Below, piece by piece: positions 37,078 through 45,777 of a stretch of DNA of 45,923 nucleotides. Position 1 is the first letter of the stretch. Each line of letters begins with the position of its first letter. The DNA is from a candidate division WOR-3 bacterium (GTDB lineage Bacteria; Hydrothermota; Tepidihabitantia; Tepidihabitantales; Tepidihabitantaceae). Location: contig JAUWNN010000001.1 in the NCBI GenBank assembly GCA_030612625.1, positions 1-45,923 of the forward strand, read 5' to 3'. Made by a program: the position numbers and the translations under genes. The notes under the pieces are model-generated. The model searched no databases. It was given only the letters and a program-made list of their open reading frames with translations, and was not told where the DNA came from.

Positions 37078-37190
37078 GGTCTAGGGTTTTAGGGTTCCAG
37101 GACTCGAATCCTTGGCCCTTGAACTCTTCTTTTTGCCGTCCACTTGGACCCTTGGCCCCTTGGCCCCTTGAACCCTTTTCTTGGTTGGTG
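37078..37190 (-). repeat. Module B repeat copy (extended), overlapping the rpmE 3' end
   Basis: The reverse complement reads aagggttcaaggggccaaggggccaagggtccaagtgg...gagttcaagggccaaggattcgagtcctggaaccctaaaaccctag. Confidence 0.8.
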
Positions 37191-37389
37191 TTGTCTCGCC
37201 GTACTTGCGGCGGAACTTCTCAACCCGACCTGCCGCATCCAACAGTTTCTGCTTGCCGGTGAAGAACGGGTGACATGCCGAGCATATGTCAGCGGTCATC
37301 TTCGGTTTGGTTGAACGGGTCTTGACTACGTTGCCACAGGCGCAGGTTATGACGCAGTCTACATACTTCGGGTGTATCTTCTTTTTCAT
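37081..37389 (-). CDS. rpmE: 50S ribosomal protein L31 (Zn-ribbon type) with a repeat-encoded 38-aa C-terminal tail
   Basis: MKKKIHPKY...CACG...[13 protein letters not shown]...[10 protein letters not shown] is a full-length L31. The ORF then continues through module B ([33 protein letters not shown]). Confidence 0.9.
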   Translation of the reverse strand: MKKKIHPKYVDCVITCACGNVVKTRSTKPKMTADICSACHPFFTGKQKLLDAAGRVEKFRRKYGETTPTKKRVQGAKGPRVQVDGKKKSSRAKDSSPGTLKP

Positions 37390-37390
37390 A

Positions 37391-38656
37391 CTATCTTTCG
37401 CTCATCGAATCCAGGAACTCCTTATTGTTACGAGTAAGCCGCATCTTGTCAAGCACGAACTCCATCATTTCGACCGGGTTGAGTTCGGCCAGAAGCTTGC
37501 GCATCACCCAGATCCGGTTGAGCTCGAACTCGGACAGCAGCAGTTCTTCCTTGCGGGTACCGGAACGCTGCATGTCTATGGACGGGAAGATGCGGCGGTC
37601 AGCCAGTTTGCGGTCCAGAATCAGTTCCAGGTTGCCGGTGCCTTTGAACTCCTCGAAAATCACTTCATCCATCCGGGAGCCGGTGTCGACGAGCGCGGTG
37701 GCGATAATGGTCAGGCTGCCGCCTTCTTCGATGTTGCGGGCCGCACCGAAGAACTTCTTCGGCTTCTGCAGCGCATTTGAGTCAAGACCGCCGGAAAGGG
37801 TGCGACCGGAGTGCGGCACCACGAGGTTGTGGGCTCTTGACAGCCGGGTTATCGAGTCGAGGAGGATTACTACATCGTACTTCTGCTCGGTCAGTCGCTT
37901 CGCTTTTTCCAGCACCATCTTGGCCACCTGGACGTGCCTTTCCGGTATTTCGTCAAAGGTCGAGCTTATCACTTCGGCCTTGACCGACCGCTCCATGTCG
38001 GTTACCTCTTCAGGGCGCTCATCAATGAGCAGGATAATGAGGGTTATTTCGGGGTGATTGGTTGTAATGCTGTTGGCGATTTTCTGAAGCAGGATGGTCT
38101 TGCCGGCACGAGGAGGAGAAACGATCAGGCCACGCTGTCCCTTGCCGATCGGCACGAACAGGTCGAATACCCTTTTCGAGAAGTCATTTTCCTTTTCGAC
38201 TTCGAGCCCGATACGTTCTTCGGGGTAGAGTGGAGTCAGGGCATCGAATGGGACCCGGTTTCTGACTTCTTCGAGCGGGGCGGTGTTGACAGTGTCTATT
38301 CTGAGCAGGGCGAAGTAGCGTTCGGTGTTCTTCGGAGGCCGGGCCGAGCCGGCGATAGTGTCGCCGGTCTTGAGTCTGAATTTCTTTATCTGGGAAGGTG
38401 AAACATAGACATCGTCCGAAGAAGGAAGGTAGCTGTAGTCAGACGAGCGGAGAAAGCCGAAGCCTTCTTCCAGGATTTCCAGGACCCCAGTGACGTTGAT
38501 ACCTTCGGCAGCGCCTTGCGTCTTCTTTGCTTCGGCTTTAAGAATCGCCATAATCACGCCCTGCTTTCTTTTTTCACGGTAATCAGGTATCCCCAGTGAC
38601 TGGGCTACATCGTAAAGCTCGGCGATTGTCTTGTCCTTCAGTTCTTCCTGAGTCAT
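37391..38656 (-). CDS. rho: Transcription termination factor Rho
   Basis: N-terminal [21 protein letters not shown]-binding domain [14 protein letters not shown], Walker A PPRAGKT, and [19 protein letters not shown]. Confidence 0.95.
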   Translation of the reverse strand: MTQEELKDKTIAELYDVAQSLGIPDYREKRKQGVIMAILKAEAKKTQGAAEGINVTGVLEILEEGFGFLRSSDYSYLPSSDDVYVSPSQIKKFRLKTGDTIAGSARPPKNTERYFALLRIDTVNTAPLEEVRNRVPFDALTPLYPEERIGLEVEKENDFSKRVFDLFVPIGKGQRGLIVSPPRAGKTILLQKIANSITTNHPEITLIILLIDERPEEVTDMERSVKAEVISSTFDEIPERHVQVAKMVLEKAKRLTEQKYDVVILLDSITRLSRAHNLVVPHSGRTLSGGLDSNALQKPKKFFGAARNIEEGGSLTIIATALVDTGSRMDEVIFEEFKGTGNLELILDRKLADRRIFPSIDMQRSGTRKEELLLSEFELNRIWVMRKLLAELNPVEMMEFVLDKMRLTRNNKEFLDSMSER

Positions 38657-38815
38657 ATACGCTCCTTTAGGGATTGTTTCTCGCCGGTCCCTTCGGCGTG
38701 GATTGCGACAACTGTGTGCTATAGCAACTGTTCAGTCTTCAATTAGGTCTTCAAGACTTCTCCGAGGGAACGAAAGATCAAACCACGTTGTTCAGCTTGT
38801 GTCTTACTGTGCCCA

Positions 38816-38843
38816 AGTATAGGAAATCCAATACCGGTGTCAA
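38816..38843 (-). promoter_or_regulatory. Sigma-70-like promoter of rho (leader of about 150 nt)
   Basis: Minus strand: TTGACA (38843-38838), 16-nt spacer, TATACT (38821-38816). Confidence 0.5.
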
Positions 38844-38856
38844 GCTTATTACGTAT

Positions 38857-39085
38857 CCCGAAAACCGATATAGGATTGGCCACGAAAGAAGGATGCCGCT
38901 GCGCGGCAGACTTCGAAATGAAAAGGAATTCCCATTTTTATCCGACCTCGGGCTCAGCGCCGTCCAATCCCCGAAAGATGAACAGAAGAGGGTTCAAGGG
39001 GCCAAGGGTTCAAGTCTAGAATCCTGGAACCCTGGAACCCTGGAACCCTAGAATCCTTTTTCTGGAATCCTGGAACTCCTTTCCC
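38857..39085. repeat. Composite repeat: inverted copy of 17399-17511 followed by a module B copy
   Basis: 38857-38970 aligns with the reverse complement of 17399-17511. 38988-39085 reads gggttcaaggggccaagggttcaagtctagaatcctggaaccctggaaccctggaaccctagaatcc... Confidence 0.85.
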
Positions 39086-39165
39086 GGCCCTGCCGTTCTT
39101 GCGGCCGGACCCGGGGTCCTATGAACTGACCCCGGGCCCCGGACGCGGGTTTTCTCTGGCCTGTT

Positions 39166-39378
39166 TCATTTCAGGCTGAATTCTAGCTTCTCGGTCTTGA
39201 GCAGCCTGTTGGTTGCCTTCATCCGCTGCTGGTAGGTCTCGCCTGCTTCTTTCAGGTCCACCCTCGGGCCTACGGTTACAGCCTCAACCCGATGCACCCG
39301 CAACAGCACAAGGGCAAGCACGACAAGGCTACCTGCTGCCAGAAAGTAGAGGGCCTTACCGAGACGTGTGGCTATCAT
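39166..39378 (-). CDS. Small membrane protein, hypothetical
   Basis: 70 aa; ATG preceded by AAGGAGG. One N-terminal TM helix (ALYFLAAGSLVVLALVLL). No family recognised. Confidence 0.55.
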   Translation of the reverse strand: MIATRLGKALYFLAAGSLVVLALVLLRVHRVEAVTVGPRVDLKEAGETYQQRMKATNRLLKTEKLEFSLK

Positions 39379-39841
39379 AGCTTCCTCCTTTTTTCGCCTG
39401 GCTTCTGTTGCACACGCCTTGATAAGAGCAGCGACTGTGCCTGAAAAGCCCTTTTTGGTAACTGATGCCTTTTCAGGAAGTTACAGAGGTGGCCAAGTTG
39501 ATATATCCGATTGGTTTCTCGTGTAATGAGACAATGGTTTGCGGCTGGAAACAAACATAGACCGCTAAGCCCATTTGACAGCGATACTTACGGGCTGTCT
39601 CATCCTGCAATGCAGGTATCAGGAGATTGTCATGGAATGAGACACAAAACCCACAGACTGGCAGGAATCTGCCGGGTCCTCAGTTCAGTACCCTTTGTCT
39701 GCGTCCTTTGTCGTGATTACCTTCTTGTTCCAAGACGCCCGCAATCCTGTCGGTGCTTTGGCTAATCGCTTGTGGCTTGGGAACTTACCTCAGAAATAGA
39801 ATCTCAGGGTGCTTCAGAAAGTCGCCAGGGGGGGTCACTCC

Positions 39842-40141
39842 CCAGGTGACTTCCCATCTCAACCCGGATTTCATCTCAGGGCTCAGGACCGAAGTCAGAA
39901 TCCGGCTCAGCTTCCGGCTCAAAACGGATGTCACTTCGGGTATCAGCCGGGATTTCAGATGCCTGGTCATTCGGCAGTTCAGAATCGGGTTCATTCTCGG
40001 TTTCAGCCCGGGCTTCATTTCCGAAGTCAGAACCCGGTTCAGCTCCGAGTTCAACTCCAGATTCAGCTCCGGGCTCAGCCTCGGATTTAGCTTCCAGCTC
40101 AGCCCCGAAGTCAGAATCCGGCTCAGCTTCGGAAGTACGTT
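39842..40141 (+). repeat. Phased 12-nt degenerate tandem array, 25 units, consensus CSG-NN-TCAG-NNN
   Basis: 25 consecutive 12-mers with no indel (ccaggtgacttc ... cgaagtcagaat, ccggctcagctt ... cggaagtacgtt). The reverse complement, NNN-CTGA-NN-CSG, shares a CTGA...GG skeleton with the GAAAAGGC arrays. A short version lies at 1722-1800 and at 45893-45923. Confidence 0.9.
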
Positions 40142-40196
40142 CTGAACCTGATAACAGGAGCATTCCTCAAGGGTCAAGCGTGATGCGTTGAGCGTA

Positions 40197-42989
40197 TTAC
40201 CGTGGGTGCTTGAGCCCGGGGATTTCGGTTCGGTCGCCTGTGATGCCGTAGATGAGCTGATTCAATGGGTCCGGTTCTTGCTTGCGGAAGTCTACCCGGT
40301 GAAAGTCCTCAAGGAATATGGACCAGTCTGGTTCCTCTTCGGCTCCTTGCAGAACCACAGGAATGACGCGGAGTCCTGCGTCGACGAAACGCCGAAGCAG
40401 GGCGCGACTCTCGAGTCGTTCCCATCTGCCGGTGAAGTTCGGGCCGACGAACACTGCCGCAGTCTTCACGAGTTTGATAATGCGGTCGAGCTCTTTAATC
40501 CACACATCGCCGGGCCTGAGTTCCCATTCATCCAGCCAGGGCAGGATTCCGTGCTCGATTAGCTTCTTGGCAATCTCCTTGACCGCGGGTTTGTCTTTGC
40601 TGTTGTGGCAGAGGAACACGTCGAAGTCCCCGGTCTTTCTCTTGCCTTCGATAACTGAGACCGCGGCTTCCTTTTCCCGTCTGACGTCTGCTTCCTTGTC
40701 CAGTTCAGATACTGTTACAGCTTCGACAGCTACCGCCACCGCTTCGACCAGCGAGATGCGGGTGTCGCAGGACGGGCAAATGAGCGAGTCGAGTCCGCGC
40801 TCCTGCCTGAGCCGGAGCAACTGGTCGGACACCACAAACCCGCAGCCTTGACATACGATGATTCTGCGGCGGTAGATTGTTTCAGGCAAAGCCCGGCGCT
40901 GGAGATGCGCGGCAATGTAATCCTCGAACAAAAGCCTGGTATCCGGGCCTGTTTCCTCGCTGTAGAACAGGGTCAACTCTGCTTTGCCTTCTTCGATTTG
41001 CTTGAGGAACATGCCGCATTCGCCGCGTGCCCTGGTCTTGTAAACGACCGCGTTCTTCCAAAGCTCCTGGTCTTTGAACATCCCGCTGTGCCAGAGCCTG
41101 ACCGCTAAGGTGGCATACAGGTTCAGAACCGGGCCCTGGAATCCGTAAGCCACGGCCTTGCCAGGAGGGTCAGGTATGTCCGGGTTCTCGCGCGTGAACT
41201 GGGAAGGGAACACCAGGTGGGGCCCGAGGTCGTCCCGTTCTCTGAGCGCGATTTCATAACGCAGAAGCTCCTCAACCATTGCAATGAGCAGCAGCTCTTC
41301 CTGTTTCTTGTCCTTGACCCGCTCATCTTTCGACATCTTGAACCGGCCTGCAAGCGCATCAGGCTCAGGTATGGAGCCAAGCCCATGGGCTTCTTTCCTT
41401 GCGGCATTGACCATTGCCGAAGCATAAGCATCCAGAAGCTCAGGCTGGAGCAGGACAAGGTTCCCGAAACTCAGCCTGCGCACCAGGCCCCGTGATTCGA
41501 CCAGGGTGATGCAGGTTGCAAACTGAGCTCGGAGTTCAGGGGTCTTTTCCGGCGCATCCCCGGTCCTGAGCAACGCCCGATAAAGGTCGTCTTCAGTGGA
41601 AAGCAGGCGTCCGGCTTCTTTTTCCGAGACCAGGAACCGCTTGATTTGCTGGAAAAGCTCGGTCGAGCTTACTTCGGGCAGAGCTTCCCAGTCTATTGCC
41701 TGCTTGATTGCCTGGGCAAGCTCTGGGATGTCCCAGCCTTCTCTGGCGCTGGTCTCAAAATAGCGGTCGAACCCAAGCTCCTTTGTCAGTGCCTCGATTC
41801 TGGGTTTGCTCACCGGCGGCCCGCCCCGGTCGGTCCTGGCCGCGACCAGGAACTTCTTCATCCGTATGCCTGAGCCTTGCTGGGCACGGGCCGCGGTGCG
41901 CAAAGCCCGGTCCCAGTGATGCACGCCCGCAAATGGGTCGGTTTCGCTCCGGGCATCAAAGAGAACCAGGGCGACCGCGACTTCGTTCAAGGACAACTGA
42001 AGAATCAGCCGGTATCCGGCCTGGCCTGCCAGGTCCCAGAGCAGGGTTTCCCGGGTCTCTTTGCGCTTGTGGTCAAGCTTGATTACTTGGGTGTCGAACT
42101 TCCATACATGCCGGCTGTGGGTTGATTCGGTCGGCCTGAACTTCTCGCGGGTCAGCACAAGCCCAAGCCCGGTCTTGCCCACCCCGGTGTCGCCGACCAG
42201 CACGACTTTCGCGTTCCGGTATCGGCCGGTTCTGACCTCGGGTTTCCTCCCAAGCAGGGCTTGGATGTCCAGGTCCCAGATGCGGATGACCGTGTCTTTT
42301 TCTCCGGTCAGGGCAAGGACCGGTTGACTGGGATGAAAAGCAATACCCCGAGCTGTCCAGTACTCCAAGCCAGGTTCGTTCAGGACCGCGACAGTCTCAA
42401 AGGTGTCAATGCGCCAGACCCGGACTTCGTTCCGAGCCTTTGAGCAGAGCAGGCTGCTGTCTGAAGAAAAGGAAAGACTGAGAACTGGTTCGGTATGGCC
42501 TTCGAGCACAGTCTGCTTTCCGGTTTCAGGACTCCAGACCCGTACTGTCTGGTCAGGGGAACAGGATGCCAGGCTTTTGCCGTCAGCAGACCAAGCAACG
42601 CCAAGGACTAGGCTGCCATGTCCTTTGAGCACCCGGAGCTCTTTTCCGGTTTCAGGGTTCCAGATACGGACTGTGCGGTCTCCAGAACAGGATGCCAGGA
42701 GTTTGGAGTCAGGGGACCAGGCAAGGCCCCAGACTATGCCGTAATGTCCTTTGAGCACCCGGACCTGTTTCCCGATTTCAGGGGCCCAGATACGGACTGT
42801 GTTGTCAACAGAACCGGACGCCAGGAGTTTGCCGTCAGGAGCCCAGGCAAGGCCGGCAATCTCAGCCTTGTGTCCGGCCAGGGTGCGTCTCAGTTCCAGG
42901 CCGGGAGGGACTTTGGGTTTCTCAGGCATCAGGATAGTAGTAGCCGAATCAGCCGGGTTGTCAAGCAGAGTCGGCTGTGGGAGCGACAT
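40197..42989 (-). CDS. WD40 - Roc-type small GTPase - COR-like region - Zn ribbon - TIR multidomain protein (NLR-like architecture)
   Basis: WD40 blades at aa ~35-255 (LxGH...SVDNTVRIW, SGDRTVRIW, SPDQTVRVW). GTPase at aa ~268-435 (GDTGVGKT, DLAGQ, AARTD, TSA). Helical region of about 270 aa. CQGC...CPSC. TIR at aa ~778-915 (FDVFLCHNSKDK, LPWLDEWEL, GRWERLE). Confidence 0.75.
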   Translation of the reverse strand: MSLPQPTLLDNPADSATTILMPEKPKVPPGLELRRTLAGHKAEIAGLAWAPDGKLLASGSVDNTVRIWAPEIGKQVRVLKGHYGIVWGLAWSPDSKLLASCSGDRTVRIWNPETGKELRVLKGHGSLVLGVAWSADGKSLASCSPDQTVRVWSPETGKQTVLEGHTEPVLSLSFSSDSSLLCSKARNEVRVWRIDTFETVAVLNEPGLEYWTARGIAFHPSQPVLALTGEKDTVIRIWDLDIQALLGRKPEVRTGRYRNAKVVLVGDTGVGKTGLGLVLTREKFRPTESTHSRHVWKFDTQVIKLDHKRKETRETLLWDLAGQAGYRLILQLSLNEVAVALVLFDARSETDPFAGVHHWDRALRTAARAQQGSGIRMKKFLVAARTDRGGPPVSKPRIEALTKELGFDRYFETSAREGWDIPELAQAIKQAIDWEALPEVSSTELFQQIKRFLVSEKEAGRLLSTEDDLYRALLRTGDAPEKTPELRAQFATCITLVESRGLVRRLSFGNLVLLQPELLDAYASAMVNAARKEAHGLGSIPEPDALAGRFKMSKDERVKDKKQEELLLIAMVEELLRYEIALRERDDLGPHLVFPSQFTRENPDIPDPPGKAVAYGFQGPVLNLYATLAVRLWHSGMFKDQELWKNAVVYKTRARGECGMFLKQIEEGKAELTLFYSEETGPDTRLLFEDYIAAHLQRRALPETIYRRRIIVCQGCGFVVSDQLLRLRQERGLDSLICPSCDTRISLVEAVAVAVEAVTVSELDKEADVRREKEAAVSVIEGKRKTGDFDVFLCHNSKDKPAVKEIAKKLIEHGILPWLDEWELRPGDVWIKELDRIIKLVKTAAVFVGPNFTGRWERLESRALLRRFVDAGLRVIPVVLQGAEEEPDWSIFLEDFHRVDFRKQEPDPLNQLIYGITGDRTEIPGLKHPR

Positions 42990-43110
42990 CCTTGTCGCGA
43001 TTTGGTCGAGGCTGGGAAGCCTCTCCCACAGGCCGAAGGCAGAATGCAGAAGTGGGAGAACAGAAAGCAGAGGAGTGAAGCCGGACTCAGACCGGACGAG
43101 TGCTCCGGTT

Positions 43111-44562
43111 CTACCTGACCAGCAGCAGCCTTCTGGTTTCGCTCTGCCCGGCCGCGAGGAACCTCAGGAAGTATGGGCCAGTCGGCACTCTTGCTTTGAA
43201 GTTGTCCTTTCCGTCCCAGGCTATCGTATGTCTGCCGGATTCCTGCCTGCCGCTGACCAATGGCCGCACTTCTTCGCCAAGCAGGTTGTAGACCGTTATA
43301 TTCACATTGCCACTTCTGGGCAGTCGGTATTGGATACGGGTTCTGTGCGTGAACGGGTTCGGTTCAATCTGACGCATAAGGTGAACTTTCTCGGCAGATT
43401 CCTGTTCTGCAATCTTGACATCGGGTTCAAGCTTGAGCAGCCAGAGGTCAGCGCCGCCCGCCCCGAAGGCAGCCGTCCATCCGGTCACAATGTACCCCTG
43501 GTCAACGGTTTGCTGAACCGCATAGCCGATTTCGTCTTCGCCCGGCCCGCCGTAGGTCCTTGTCCAAACGGTATCTCCATTTTCACTGGTCTTCAGGAGC
43601 CACAGGTCAGCACGGCTTGGCGAGAACCACCCGAAGTGTCCGACAACAACATATCCGAGGTCAGAAGTCTGTTCAACCCCCCAACCTTGGTCGTCATACG
43701 ACTGACCATAAGTCCTTGTCCAGACGGTATCTCCATCTGGGTCGGTCTTGATAAGATAGAGGTCTCGACCACCGGCACCGAACGAAGTTGTGAATCCGGC
43801 AATGATGTAACCGGAATCAGCGGTCTGTTTGACACAGAACCCATAGTCGTAGCCAGTCCCGCCGTAAGTCCTGGACCAAATGCTATCTCCTCCTGCGTCA
43901 GTCTTTATGAGCCAGACATCGTAGCCTCCAGCACCGAATGAACCAGTCCAGCCGGTAATGATGTATCCACGGTCAAGGGTCTGCTCGACCCAATTGCCAA
44001 CATCGCTCCCTGCTCCGAAGTACGTCTTTGTCCACTGGACATCACCATTGACATCGGTCTTCATGAGCAACATATCCTCCAGATGGTCGTAGGATGCTCC
44101 CACCATGATGTATCCGGAATCAGTGGTCTGTTGAATCGAATGGATGTTGCCTATTCCGTGCGTCCTTGTCCAGGTTGTATCGCCATTTCCACTTGCCTTG
44201 ACCATGTAAACATGGCAGCCGCTCGGCAACTGAGTGTATCCTGCGACAATGTAGCCTTGGTCAAAGGTCTGCCGGACTGAGGCACCGTGTTCATGCCCTT
44301 CCCCGCCCAGTATCAGTGTCCAACTGGTGTCTCCCCAAACGTCAGTTTTGAGGAGATAGAGGTCTGATGCGCCTGCACCGAAAGAAAAGGTGTTACCAGA
44401 AACGATATACCCGGAATCAGAAGTCTGCTGAACCGACCGGCCTGCATCACCGCGCGGCCCTCCATATGTTCTTGTCCAGACTGTGTCAGGAGCCTGGGCA
44501 AGCAGGCTGGTCGCTACAACGAGCAATCCCAGAACAAGCACTGCGCCGAATCGTCGCTTCAT
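43111..44562 (-). CDS. Secreted beta-propeller-like repeat protein with T9SS C-terminal sorting domain
   Basis: Signal peptide MKRRFGAVLVLGLLVVATSLLAQA. About 8 units of roughly 48 aa (W(T/S)RTYGGxxxDxGxxVxQTxDxGYIxxGxTxSFGAGGxDxWLxKTDxxGD). C-terminus: IEPNPFTHRTRIQY...GPYFLRFLAAGQSETRRLLLVR. Confidence 0.75.
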   Translation of the reverse strand: MKRRFGAVLVLGLLVVATSLLAQAPDTVWTRTYGGPRGDAGRSVQQTSDSGYIVSGNTFSFGAGASDLYLLKTDVWGDTSWTLILGGEGHEHGASVRQTFDQGYIVAGYTQLPSGCHVYMVKASGNGDTTWTRTHGIGNIHSIQQTTDSGYIMVGASYDHLEDMLLMKTDVNGDVQWTKTYFGAGSDVGNWVEQTLDRGYIITGWTGSFGAGGYDVWLIKTDAGGDSIWSRTYGGTGYDYGFCVKQTADSGYIIAGFTTSFGAGGRDLYLIKTDPDGDTVWTRTYGQSYDDQGWGVEQTSDLGYVVVGHFGWFSPSRADLWLLKTSENGDTVWTRTYGGPGEDEIGYAVQQTVDQGYIVTGWTAAFGAGGADLWLLKLEPDVKIAEQESAEKVHLMRQIEPNPFTHRTRIQYRLPRSGNVNITVYNLLGEEVRPLVSGRQESGRHTIAWDGKDNFKARVPTGPYFLRFLAAGQSETRRLLLVR

Positions 44563-44592
44563 ATCGACTTCCTCTTTCCTGCAGGAACCTGC

Positions 44593-44631
44593 CTACCTCG
44601 CAAGCAGCAGCCTTCTGGTTTCGCTGCGCAT
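44593..44631 (-). pseudogene. 39-nt relic of the 3' end of a paralogous T9SS-sorting-domain gene
   Basis: The minus strand reads MRSETRRLLLAR*. Its last 33 nt match the last 33 nt of CDS 43111..44562 (QSETRRLLLVR*) at 30 of 33 positions. Confidence 0.6.
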
Positions 44632-44742
44632 ATCAGTGACGTTAATCCTTTTCTGACATTTTCCGGCTGCCGGGTTGCGATTGAACTTAGCGGACTGACC
44701 GGCAGAGACGTAATGTAGAGATAAGCTGACTATAGAATCAGC

Positions 44743-45423
44743 TCACTCGCTTTTCTTGCTGTCCCATTCCTCTCTTGTCTTGGCTACTACTTTCCCCACA
44801 TTGGCAAGCCTTTCAATACCATCATACGACCCCTTCATTGTGTAGGTCTCTCCGCTCTTGATAGGCTTGTTACGTGAAGCCATAGTCATCAAGATAGCCC
44901 ATCCTTCAATCTCTTTGCCATCTTTGTCGATAAAGCGCAAATAGGCAAACAGGGTGCCGCGCTTGTTATCTGCGACCGCTTCAAATGTCGCTTCGATATC
45001 CATACGCGATCCATCATCCCAGAAATTTGCCCCTGTTACTTTGATGTTCTTGATGAGGAACTTGTCTTTGTCTGCTTCCTGCTCAAAGGGGATTTCTATG
45101 CCCTTAGTCGCTTCGATAGCTGACTTAGCCTCAGCTTCGGCCTTCTTTTCAATCTCCTTCACTTTCTCTTCTGCTTTGCCGTAGGCATTCACATCCATCT
45201 TCTGCTCGGCCTTTTCCATGGCTTTCTGCGCCCCCTCCATTTGTTGCATGGTTTTCTTGGCTATCGAAGGGAGTTTGCCGAGTAGTCCGCCGCCGCCGCC
45301 GCCGGATTCGGACCCGCATCCGACCAGGCAGACTGCTGATGTGAGTATGACTGCCAATGCGACTACGGCCAGATGCCTGACCGCAAGTGGAGTGCCGGGG
45401 AGCGAAACGCTTGCCCTTTTCAT
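44743..45423 (-). CDS. Lipoprotein, hypothetical
   Basis: Start moved to ATG 45423 (RBS AAGGAG). Signal peptide with lipobox (LTSAVCLVGC), a Gly-rich linker, then a Lys/Glu-rich helical region. No family recognised. Confidence 0.6.
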   Translation of the reverse strand: MKRASVSLPGTPLAVRHLAVVALAVILTSAVCLVGCGSESGGGGGGLLGKLPSIAKKTMQQMEGAQKAMEKAEQKMDVNAYGKAEEKVKEIEKKAEAEAKSAIEATKGIEIPFEQEADKDKFLIKNIKVTGANFWDDGSRMDIEATFEAVADNKRGTLFAYLRFIDKDGKEIEGWAILMTMASRNKPIKSGETYTMKGSYDGIERLANVGKVVAKTREEWDSKKSE

Positions 45424-45777
45424 TCTGGTCTCCTTTTTCTTTGTGCCCTTGCGGGCACGCTCTACTGACTCTGCACGACTGGAAATCGTGCCTGCATTCG
45501 GGTTCTCTTTTTCAGAAATTCCAACCTCCTTCCGTTGCCCTCGATAGCGCAACCGGCATTACCTGACTCGTTCGTACCGGGCAGTATCTGATGCGCTGCC
45601 CTATCCGGCCTTGTTCCTTTCCTTTCCCGGAATCCATATCTCCTGCAGTGTATTGATTCCATGTTGCCTGTCAACCGGAATCAATTCGTCCGAAAACCGA
45701 TATAGGAATCTCACCACAGGACGCGTAATGCGTTGTGCGTGGATTGGGCAAGCCTGGCGGTAGGTCGCCAACAGATA

